Below are positions 12,737 through 21,567 of a stretch of 64,000 bases of DNA, piece by piece (position 1 is the stretch's first letter; the number at the start of each line of letters is the position of its first letter). This DNA is from Macrostomum lignano. Lineage: Eukaryota. Location: assembly GCA_002269645.1 (NCBI GenBank), contig NIVC01000669.1, positions 1 to 64,000 on the forward strand, given 5' to 3'. The notes beneath the pieces are model-generated. The model made no database searches. It had not been told where the DNA came from and worked only from the letters and a program-made list of their open reading frames with translations. The position numbers and the translations under genes were made by a program.

Positions 12737-13405
12737 CTACTGTGTATACCGTAAAAGCCATATGAAATAACTACGTGACAAAATTAGTCTTTTTAGCGCG
12801 TGGCAATATATGTGCAATGTCCAGTGAAACGCGTGATGGGCATGCAAAAATTGTCGTAGATGTCGTTCTATATCCAGGGGTAACATATGACGCAATATTC
12901 CTTGATTGTTATGTGCGTACAGTAGTAATTCATTGCGTGACCGTCGAGCGAAACGAGGTACTGGCCAAAACTCTAGCAACTGTTCGATACGTATTGCGGG
13001 TAGTGTTCGAATATTATCAACATGTAAGCATCGATTGGCGTCGGGCTTGATGCGACACCACTTCTTGAAGGTGCTGTCCTTCGGCATACTGTTACACATA
13101 GGGCATCCTATGATGCCCCTACTAGCGGTTCGTTTCAAGCATTGCATGCAAATAAAATGACTTTGATTACAGTATTGAAAGGTGCGCCACGAATAACAAT
13201 AGGCGCACTGCGTCAGACTACTCCTACATAGGGGGCAGCTTTGCCAGTGTTGGATATGATGCGCGTCACACAAGCAAGTGCCGCATATGCGATGATTATT
13301 TATACAAATGGTTGGTGGTTTTTTATGCAGGTCATCTTCCAAACAGACAGGGCATTCATAGAGTTGCCGTGGCTGGGTCGCCAGTCTAGACTGTGCATTG
13401 CCCAT
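12737..13405 (-). CDS. Retroelement accessory ORF2, myristoylation motif plus double RING-HC (copy B)
   Basis: Translation identical to copy A; ATG at 13405 gives MGNAQS. Confidence 0.85.
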   Translation of the reverse strand: MGNAQSRLATQPRQLYECPVCLEDDLHKKPPTICINNHRICGTCLCDAHHIQHWQSCPLCRSSLTQCAYCYSWRTFQYCNQSHFICMQCLKRTASRGIIGCPMCNSMPKDSTFKKWCRIKPDANRCLHVDNIRTLPAIRIEQLLEFWPVPRFARRSRNELLLYAHNNQGILRHMLPLDIERHLRQFLHAHHAFHWTLHIYCHALKRLILSRSYFIWLLRYTQ

Positions 13406-13551
13406 AGTCGTTAGCCAAGCGTCAGTTGCGGTTATGTAGTCAATTGTAGAGTTCACTTGTGGAGTCGCTCGGATTAGTCGCCTCTTACGACAAGCTTGCG
13501 AAGCTGTAGAGCTATTCTGACCCGGTCTCTACACGGGTTTGTTTTCGCAAC

Positions 13552-16500
13552 TTAACGAGGTCGCAGATTATAGCCGTGCGGCTGGCTCTCGTTCGTTGTT
13601 TGAGTCTCCTCGTGCTTCGTTGCGATGTGGCGGTTTGTCGAACGCGTGCGGTCGGCATTGTCAAGTGACGGTAGAAATGTCGCCGTGTCAGTGTTGATCC
13701 TTTTCAATCGATGAATGTGCACGTAGAATTGGTGCTGATGAGGATCTTGCACATTGGCCAGGCGTGCCGTTGTCGGTAACGTTAGTTGGACCACTCGATA
13801 TGGTCCTTTGTACTTCTGTGCGTGTTTGTGCGTCTGTTGTGGCGGATAGTGCAGGTAGACGATGTCGCCGGCTGTCAGAGTTGTCGATCTCGTGTCGGTG
13901 CCGGTGGTCAGAGCCACCTGATTGTCGATGTTGTGCTTGGCTACTTTCCATGCGAGGTGTAGTTGCGTGACGAACTTTTGAATGGACGTCGGGACTTCCA
14001 CATATTGCGATGGTAGTAGTTGCTGTGCCAATAGGTTTGGCGGCTGGAAGTCTCGCCCAAACATTAGAAAGAATGGCGTATTATCCGTTGATCGATGAAT
14101 AGCGCTGTTGTAGGCCATTGTTACTGCTTGCAGATAGATGATCCAGTCGTCCGGTTGTTGATGCGCGAAGTGTGTAATCATCTCGTGTAGGTTGCGGTGA
14201 AACCTTTCAACCATGTTCGCCTTCGGATTGTAGGTCGATGTGTAGATCTGCGTGATGTTGAGGATCTTCACCACTTGCTGAAAGAGTTGAGACGTAAACT
14301 GCGATCCATTGTCCGATGTGAGGTTCTTTGGCGTACCGTACTTGCAGATGATGTCGTTGAAGAAACCCATTGCCACTGTCTGAGCTGTGATGTCCGGTAT
14401 TGGTATGGCAATAGCAAACTTTGAGAAAATGTCCAAGGCTGTTAGGATGTAGGTGTAGGCTATGCCATGGAGACAGCTCGGTGGCAGCGGTCCGGTGATG
14501 TCGATGCTGAGACAGTCCATAGTCGTTGACTTCGGTATCGATTGTAGCTGTGGTTTTTGTCGTCGTCCTGTCTTTGATGCTGCGCATGAGTGGCAGTTAT
14601 TGCAATACTGCTTGATGTCGCCATGCATGCTTGGCCAAAAGTAGTATTGCTCCACTCTTGCAATGGTTTTGGCTGCCGACAGGTGTCCAGCGAGTGGGTT
14701 GTCGTGCAGCTCGTTGAGAATGGCCTGCCTAAACGAATATGGCATGTAGATTTTAGGTTTGTTGTCACTCATCCAGTAGAGTCGTGTCTTGTTGATTGTT
14801 AAATGTTGTCGCTGCTTGCGCAGGAATTTTCGTTCCACGGGGCTGAGCTTGATGTCCTTGTCGTTGTTTTTAACTGCTATGTAGAAGTTGTCGTGTTCAG
14901 TCTCATCCACCAATTCCTTGATGTTAGGGATTGGATGAATGGCGTTGACTTCGTAGGTTCTTGACAGAGATACCGCCGCCTTGTTAGTAATTCCTGGTTT
15001 GTAGACGAGCTTGTAGTTGTAGTCCTGGATCTTGAGTGTCATCCTGATGAGTCGGTTGTTTGTTTGTCCTTTTGTAGTTACGACGTAGGTCAGCGGTGCG
15101 TGATCTGTGCGTACTATCGTCGGTATTGGAGAACCATAGATGTAGTAATGGAACTGTCGTAGGGCGAACAAGACTCCTAGTAGTTCTCGTTCCGTAGCGG
15201 ACCATTTTGTCTCATTCGGTTTAAGTGCTCGACTGACGTAGGCTATAGGTCGTTCCTTTTTGTCTTCAGTTTCCTGTAGTAGGACTGCTCCGAGTCCCGT
15301 TCCTGAGGCGTCTGTCTCGATGATGAAGGGTTTGTCGAAGTCCGGATGCTGTAGCAGTGCGTCTGATGTCAGCTGTCGTTTGATTTCGTCAAAACTTTCT
15401 TGTTGCTTTTGTGTCCAATTATCCTGCTTCCATTTGTCGAACTTGAGCAGGTCGTACAGCGGCTTTGCTGTCTTCGCGAAGTTGGGTAAGAACTTTCGGA
15501 AGTATTGCGCTAGTCCAAGAAATGATTGGACCTTCGTTATGCTAGTTGGTGTAGGAAACTTCTTTACTTTCTCCACATTGTCTGGGTCCGGTGAGATTCC
15601 TTTGGCTGTCACTTGGTGTCCTAGGTAACGTACGTTGTCTCGGAAGAATTTGCATTTCGTCGGTTGTAGCTTAAGACCTTGGCGTTGAATGAGCGCTAGG
15701 GCCTTCTCCGTAGCTTCATAGAGTCGTTGGAAGTCTTCTCCGTAGGCCAAGATGTCGTCGACATAGTGCAGCAGGTTTGTGCATCCTGCAAGCATGTATG
15801 CCGTTAGTCGGCTCATTGTTGCTGGGCTGTTGCTGAGTCCCATTGGCGACCGGTTGTACTCGTAGACTTGTCCATTGTAGGTTTTGAAAGCCGTGTACTG
15901 TCGTGATTCTTTCTCGATTTCAATTTGCCAAAATCCATGACGTAGGTCGAACACCGTGAACAATTTTGCTGTGTTGAGCTTTGCTAGTAGCTCGGAGATC
16001 TTTGGTAGGCTTTGCTGATCCGTCGGTATGTACTTGTTCAGCAGTCTGAAGTCGCATACAAGTCGTCTTTCGTTAGTCTCCTTCTTTTGTACCAGTAGGC
16101 ACGGTGAGGAATAGGCTGAAATTGCTTTGCTGATGATGCCGTGCTTTAGCATTTTATCGATAATTTCATCAAAGTGTTGTTGCAGATGTTTGGCAATCGG
16201 GTACGGCTTGCATTGAATTGGTTCCGTGTGCGGTAGAAGCTTGATTTCTTGTTTAATGTCTTTAGCGCGTCCGATGTCGTAATCATGATGGCAGAAGGCT
16301 TCGTTGTACTTCCACAACAGTTGTCGAACTTTCTTCTTTTGCTGTTCCGTGATCGGGCTGTCGTCCAAGTTGATTTTCTTTTGAAATTCTTCTTCTGTTA
16401 GTCGTGGAGTCGTGTGCTCAATCAGCATAACTGATGCTTGAGTGTTGAGATGACCGATGCACATTCCTTGTCGTAGATGAACCATTTCCGCGTTCGGGTT

Positions 16501-19500
16501 GAAGATTTGTACTGGCAGCTGCTTATCTTTTGCCACCAGCACTAGTGCCGTAGGCATCATAATTTGGTGTTTAGCCGTGACTCTTCTGTTTGGGTCGAAT
16601 ATCATTGCTTCCTCCGTTGCGTTAGTTGCCTTTGCCTTTATCCAGCAGGCGCTCTCCGGTTGGATGATGACATCTTGTTGCAATGTTACTTTTGGTAGTA
16701 CTCGGATCTGGTTGATCAATGGTTGTTCTACCGAGTCGATCTTGAACGTTTGCTTATTGAAGTCGAAGGTCAATGGTAGTCGAAGCTGCTTGAACGTGTC
16801 GATGCCAACAATAACGTCCTGGTTTGGGAGTCTGTCGATGACGTACGTTGGAACTGTCAAATGTTTATTAGCGATTCTTAAATCAATGTCGGCTTTTCCC
16901 AGAATGTTTAGCGAATGTCCTCCTGCTCCTGCAACTGCGATTGTTGCTGGCCGTAGAGCAAGTCGTAGCTTGTTGCACAGTTGTTTTGATATAACTGTAA
17001 TGGAGCTGCCGGAGTCCAGTAACGCTCGACATGGTAGATTGTTGATTATAACTTGAGCCATTGCTTTGCCAATTTCGGCGTGTAGAGTACATACGTAGTT
17101 TTCTGGCCATTTTGGGTCTTGCTGTTCTGCTTGATAGTTAGGTGGTTGTATTCTTGGTGCCGTTGGTGTTGTCGGAATCGATGGATATAGCCGCGTTGCT
17201 AGTGTCGGTTGCCCTTGAACCTCACGATGTGCAGTTTCTGTTAGTTCTAAACTGTTGTCGCCTTCCGTTGTCGTTCTTTGCATTATGGCATTCACTGTCT
17301 TCTTAGCTCTTGGACAAGTTTGACTGAAGCACCGTACGATTGACGAAATGATGAAGATTGCCGTGGCAATCCACACAATGCAAGCACCGTAGAAGATGAA
17401 TCCTTGATAGAGACTGCCTCTTCCATTGAGCAGCTCCCAGAAGCTGTTTGTCCAAAATGATTTGATGGCGCTGTCCATTGAAACAAGGACGGGAAATCTT
17501 CCTGTCCCGGTTCCTTTGTCCTTTCTTGTGAACAGCTGGTGAATCATCTTGCGTTGGGTGATGAACGCTTGCAAGAAGTCGTTGATCGTCCATCCTGGTG
17601 TTATTTCGTCAAGTTGGATATCGGCGAATGGCCTATACTTTGTTCTGTTGAATCGGATTTTCAAATCCTCCATGTCGTAGTTTTCGTCGACGATTACTTC
17701 CGGTTCTGTGATGTTTGCTGTCGTTCCAGTTGTTTTGATGACGTGTAGTGCATTGTCCAGTTGATAGTAGTTCGCTGCCGTGGTGCAAGGTCTCGGTATT
17801 GCGGTGCCAACGATGATGTTGTGTACCGTGTCCAAGAATCCCTGAATTCGTTTTCCTTCGTAGAACGCTTCAATCCTTGGCTTGTCGTAGCAGGTTGTTG
17901 ACGTGTTTGACGGCAAGATGTTGAAGTGCTGTATCGGCGTGCACTTGTATATCAACAGATGCTCGTATATTGGAACTGCCAAAACGTTCGTCATTCCGGT
18001 GATTTTACGAAAAGTCATCGTAGGGTTGACATAGTAGTTTTGTCTGGCATAATTTAAGTTGATTGCGTGCATTTTGCAAGTTAGCTGGACCAGTGTTCGA
18101 TGCAAGTGGTTTAACTGGTTGTGTAGATTGTGATCCAAAGCCGTTATCTTTGCTGACAGTAGTCGGTTTGACACTAGTTTGGGACGTTCGATGTCTCGTC
18201 GTCGTCTGTTCTGTTGTTCCTGCTGTTGATACGTTCCGTTGATGATCGCCAGAAAGGTTTGTTTGTCGTCTTCTTTTACGTAGACTGGTATCTCTTGTTC
18301 CGAGATGAATAGTGTCTTGTCTGTATCCTTGCATTTCAGTTTTTGCTCGACTGGTTTCTTTTGAAACGTCAGTGCCAAGTCTCCTGACTTTGCCAAAAAC
18401 GTATTTGACAGTAGACCTCCTTCAACTGTGTGATACTTTTGAAGCTTGCAGTCAATTTCCGGCTCAACTTCCCACGCGAAGAAGTATTGTCGTGACTTAG
18501 ATGGTTCTTCATATCGTGAGTCGCCTCTGCGTATAATTTGCCATCGATAGTCTTGATGATATGTTGGACTCAACGGTAAGCTGTATAGTTCCTCATTCCG
18601 CAGTATCGGCGTTGGACACCATCCTTTGCTGTATCGGCAGTCGCTTAATTGCAGTTGTAGCGACTCCATTTTTTCAAAAGGATTGTGGTAGAATGGAATA
18701 TTCCTGATTAGGTAACTGTTTCGTGTCATGTAGTTAGTCCATGCTTCCGAAAAGTGTACATATCGTCCGTTTGCTGAGTTCTTCGTTCGGTAAAGTTGTG
18801 CCTCCCCCACTTTCTCATCCGGTTCTAGCTGACCATCCTTTGAGAACAGTGTTTGGTTCCATTGTAGACATTCAGCGTGCGACACATGTAGTTCGTGTTG
18901 CCAAAATCGAATTCTGTTCCACTGTCCTCGCCAAACTTTTTCCACTAGGTGCTTGTCTCTGAAGCACACTATTCCGTGTTGTCGATGCTTTTTGATGTTA
19001 GCCTTGTAGAGGTCGAGTGTAATCTTCTTTGGCTTCGTTTGGTTTGTCTTGAAGTAGCTGCATTTGATGTCGGTTGGTATCTTGTAGATCATCGGTTGGA
19101 TATGCGCATCCGTTGGACATATCATTGGTTTCTCCATTGCTGTTGCTTTGGTGACTACTGCCGTCAGTAGTATTATGATGATCCAGAATATCCAGAATCG
19201 CCATTTTCTGAACGTTGCCGTTGTCTTTGCTGGCATTGGCTGCGGCTGCCATTCGTTATCTTCTGCGTCCGCATCGTATTCTTCCTCTTGTTCCATTGGC
19301 GTTTCCGAGCGCAAGGCATCCGATTCGTTCCGCTGCTTGTCGTCTTCATCATTTTCTTCCTTGCTTTCTTCCGATGTTGTAGTTGTGTCACTCCATTGTC
19401 TGCGGTACCTCACTTCGGCCTTGTAGTCGACCGTTTGAATGTAGGCTTCACCATTTCGTTTATATCGGATCTCGTAGCATTGATCGCTGTCGGAGCTTAG

Positions 19501-20871
19501 ATTTCTTTCTTCCATTCCTTTGTGCCTTCCGTCTTCATGTGCTTTGTCGACGGCTTGGTTGTCATCAGCGTCATTGTGCATCTCATAATCGTGATCGCTG
19601 CTTTCTTCTCGCTGTTCTTCTTCCATTTCTGCATTTCCGTCGTTGCTTATTTCGTTGTCATCCTTCGTTGCCAGTTCCTTGTCGTTGCCTTTGTTTGTTT
19701 CTTCTTTTCTTTCATTGATGTCGCTTGGCAATGTTTTTTCTGTGCTCACTTCTGCCTTTTCTTCTTCGCTGTCAATGTTAGTTTCTTTCATTTCGACCAT
19801 GCTGATGTTTTTTGTCTTTTCGCTGCTCTCCGCATCGAGCCAGTCGATTTCATTGATAGTGAAGTCCATTTCTAAGTCGTCTATCGTGAAGACTTGCTGC
19901 TCTTGCTGTTCGCTTTCCGGTGTGTACGTGATGGCGTTTGCATATCGTTGCATCGCTTGCGTTGGTTGCTTGGGCATGTATCTGGCGTTTCGCGGTCTGT
20001 AGCCATTGTTTCCTAAGCGTTTCGTGTTTTGCTGCTGCCAATTTTGATGCTGTTGCCATGGTTTTTGCTGCTTCCGTCTGTTGAATGGCTGTCGCGGCAT
20101 ATCATTTCTTGTTGACCGATGAGGACAATGTATTTGGTAGTGTCCTTCTCGTCCACAGTAATAGCATCTGGCTTGGGCTCGTTCATTTCGTCTTTTTTGT
20201 TCGGCGATAACGGCTGTTTGATGTTGCATCAGCTTGTTTAGTTGCTGTGTCAGTTTCTGCACTTCTGTGTTGCCGGTTGTCATTAGTGGAGCGCTTGCTT
20301 CCCACTGCATTCCGCACCGTAAAAGGTCTTCCTCGGTTTCAATGTTTTCGCGCAAAAGTCTATCCCGCAGTGACGGCTGTGCATTGTTTATTACGTGCAG
20401 GATGAGGTTTTGTTCACGGTCCATCAATCGTTGTCGCTCTCTTGCGGCTAACTCCGCTGCGCCTGGAGGTGGCTGATCCGCCGCTGGCAGCGTTGGCTGA
20501 TGCAGTGCCTTAATTATTTGACGTATATCGTCCACGAAGGTCAGGAAGGATTCTGTTGGCTGCATCCGTCTGTTATGCAACTTGTGCAGTAGCACTGACC
20601 TGTTTGTGCCACAGCGGTTGAAGTGTGCGCGCAGTTGAATGATTAATGCTGGGTAGTTTTGCTGTGTTGCCGCGTCTAGTTTACCATAAATCTCTCGTGC
20701 GGTGCCTTGGAGGAGTGGTGGCAACAGTTGCGCTTTTTCTGGATTTTGTAGGTTGTATTCCCTACATACCAGGTCAAAATGATCAACAAAGGTGTTAAAG
20801 TCTTTTTCCATAGAAAAGGTGCCAACTGTCTCTTTGATATCTCTGTGCACCGTTGGATTGCGCCGCGCCAT
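13552..20871 (-). CDS. Single-ORF Gag-Env-PR-RT-RNaseH-IN polyprotein, 2439 aa (copy B)
   Basis: Capsid-like N terminus; CYYCGREGHYQIHC knuckle aa236-249; LLDSGS protease D1286; RT YVDD aa1703-1706; RNase H IIETDASG D1854; integrase HHCC, DDE (SIDITGP/TSDNGSQF/VERFHR) and GPY; C-terminal YNLRPR. No stop or frameshift. Confidence 0.97.
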   Translation of the reverse strand: MARRNPTVHRDIKETVGTFSMEKDFNTFVDHFDLVCREYNLQNPEKAQLLPPLLQGTAREIYGKLDAATQQNYPALIIQLRAHFNRCGTNRSVLLHKLHNRRMQPTESFLTFVDDIRQIIKALHQPTLPAADQPPPGAAELAARERQRLMDREQNLILHVINNAQPSLRDRLLRENIETEEDLLRCGMQWEASAPLMTTGNTEVQKLTQQLNKLMQHQTAVIAEQKRRNERAQARCYYCGREGHYQIHCPHRSTRNDMPRQPFNRRKQQKPWQQHQNWQQQNTKRLGNNGYRPRNARYMPKQPTQAMQRYANAITYTPESEQQEQQVFTIDDLEMDFTINEIDWLDAESSEKTKNISMVEMKETNIDSEEEKAEVSTEKTLPSDINERKEETNKGNDKELATKDDNEISNDGNAEMEEEQREESSDHDYEMHNDADDNQAVDKAHEDGRHKGMEERNLSSDSDQCYEIRYKRNGEAYIQTVDYKAEVRYRRQWSDTTTTSEESKEENDEDDKQRNESDALRSETPMEQEEEYDADAEDNEWQPQPMPAKTTATFRKWRFWIFWIIIILLTAVVTKATAMEKPMICPTDAHIQPMIYKIPTDIKCSYFKTNQTKPKKITLDLYKANIKKHRQHGIVCFRDKHLVEKVWRGQWNRIRFWQHELHVSHAECLQWNQTLFSKDGQLEPDEKVGEAQLYRTKNSANGRYVHFSEAWTNYMTRNSYLIRNIPFYHNPFEKMESLQLQLSDCRYSKGWCPTPILRNEELYSLPLSPTYHQDYRWQIIRRGDSRYEEPSKSRQYFFAWEVEPEIDCKLQKYHTVEGGLLSNTFLAKSGDLALTFQKKPVEQKLKCKDTDKTLFISEQEIPVYVKEDDKQTFLAIINGTYQQQEQQNRRRRDIERPKLVSNRLLSAKITALDHNLHNQLNHLHRTLVQLTCKMHAINLNYARQNYYVNPTMTFRKITGMTNVLAVPIYEHLLIYKCTPIQHFNILPSNTSTTCYDKPRIEAFYEGKRIQGFLDTVHNIIVGTAIPRPCTTAANYYQLDNALHVIKTTGTTANITEPEVIVDENYDMEDLKIRFNRTKYRPFADIQLDEITPGWTINDFLQAFITQRKMIHQLFTRKDKGTGTGRFPVLVSMDSAIKSFWTNSFWELLNGRGSLYQGFIFYGACIVWIATAIFIISSIVRCFSQTCPRAKKTVNAIMQRTTTEGDNSLELTETAHREVQGQPTLATRLYPSIPTTPTAPRIQPPNYQAEQQDPKWPENYVCTLHAEIGKAMAQVIINNLPCRALLDSGSSITVISKQLCNKLRLALRPATIAVAGAGGHSLNILGKADIDLRIANKHLTVPTYVIDRLPNQDVIVGIDTFKQLRLPLTFDFNKQTFKIDSVEQPLINQIRVLPKVTLQQDVIIQPESACWIKAKATNATEEAMIFDPNRRVTAKHQIMMPTALVLVAKDKQLPVQIFNPNAEMVHLRQGMCIGHLNTQASVMLIEHTTPRLTEEEFQKKINLDDSPITEQQKKKVRQLLWKYNEAFCHHDYDIGRAKDIKQEIKLLPHTEPIQCKPYPIAKHLQQHFDEIIDKMLKHGIISKAISAYSSPCLLVQKKETNERRLVCDFRLLNKYIPTDQQSLPKISELLAKLNTAKLFTVFDLRHGFWQIEIEKESRQYTAFKTYNGQVYEYNRSPMGLSNSPATMSRLTAYMLAGCTNLLHYVDDILAYGEDFQRLYEATEKALALIQRQGLKLQPTKCKFFRDNVRYLGHQVTAKGISPDPDNVEKVKKFPTPTSITKVQSFLGLAQYFRKFLPNFAKTAKPLYDLLKFDKWKQDNWTQKQQESFDEIKRQLTSDALLQHPDFDKPFIIETDASGTGLGAVLLQETEDKKERPIAYVSRALKPNETKWSATERELLGVLFALRQFHYYIYGSPIPTIVRTDHAPLTYVVTTKGQTNNRLIRMTLKIQDYNYKLVYKPGITNKAAVSLSRTYEVNAIHPIPNIKELVDETEHDNFYIAVKNNDKDIKLSPVERKFLRKQRQHLTINKTRLYWMSDNKPKIYMPYSFRQAILNELHDNPLAGHLSAAKTIARVEQYYFWPSMHGDIKQYCNNCHSCAASKTGRRQKPQLQSIPKSTTMDCLSIDITGPLPPSCLHGIAYTYILTALDIFSKFAIAIPIPDITAQTVAMGFFNDIICKYGTPKNLTSDNGSQFTSQLFQQVVKILNITQIYTSTYNPKANMVERFHRNLHEMITHFAHQQPDDWIIYLQAVTMAYNSAIHRSTDNTPFFLMFGRDFQPPNLLAQQLLPSQYVEVPTSIQKFVTQLHLAWKVAKHNIDNQVALTTGTDTRSTTLTAGDIVYLHYPPQQTHKHAQKYKGPYRVVQLTLPTTARLANVQDPHQHQFYVHIHRLKRINTDTATFLPSLDNADRTRSTNRHIATKHEETQTTNESQPHGYNLRPR
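17335..19212 (-). other. Envelope-like type I glycoprotein domain inside the polyprotein (aa554-1179; copy A 6548-8425), gB/chuvirus-like class III fusogen candidate
   Basis: Internal signal FRKWRFWIFWIIIILLTAVVTKATA, Cys-rich ectodomain with N-glycosylation sequons (NQT, NGT, NTS, NIT, NRT), furin site RRRR (aa889-892), long helix ending in C...NP...G...A...C-x-P-I as in gB domain III/IV, TM FIFYGACIVWIATAIFIISSIV. Confidence 0.8.
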
Positions 20872-21567
20872 GTTGTTGATGGGATAGAACGGTAGCTCTA
20901 GGTCTGGGTCGATTTGTAATGGATCTTCCAGTGTGGTGTTTCTTTCGAAATAAACTTCGGTTGTAACTGATTGTCTCGCGGCGCTTTTGACACCTCAATT
21001 TGTTATGTCTGACCTTGAGCGGAATTCGGCTTTTGGCTGCTTTTTCTGACCTCTTATTCGCTGGCTGATTTTCGCACTTATGCGGCGTCCCGCAAAGTGT
21101 ATCTTTAAAGTGCTTGAAGTGCAGCTGCTTCTTGCTTTTTTCAAAGGCCTTTCTTGTCTTCGTGACGTGCCTTGTCACGTTTTATCAAATTTCGGTTTGT
21201 TTTAGCTTTCGTCAAGTGTTTTTAATTTCGGTTTTTTTTTAGTGTGTATTGATTATTTTTCGGTTTGTTTTCAGTGTACCGGACGTTGTTTTCGGTTTTG
21301 TTTAAGGTTTACTCTTGCTCGAGCTCGTTAAAAACAAAAATTTAACACGCGTGCTCAAACGTTACTCAAAATTGACAGGTACTCAAGCCTGTATATCGAA
21401 ACTTTTACTCGCGTTTCAAATCGTAAAAAAATCGAAAAGTGTCGAAAAATTTTACCTCTAACACGTGCGCGCAAAATTAATGAAGTCGCTCTTTCGTCAC
21501 GTTACAATAGCTTGATCAGGGCTATTGCTCAAAGTTTGAGTAGTGCCGAGAGGGCGAGATCACCAAT

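Noticed and set aside
12830-12880. MLPLDIERHLRQFL in ORF2 resembling an F-box/SOCS-box start
   Set aside because: Too short a match to support without an HMM search.
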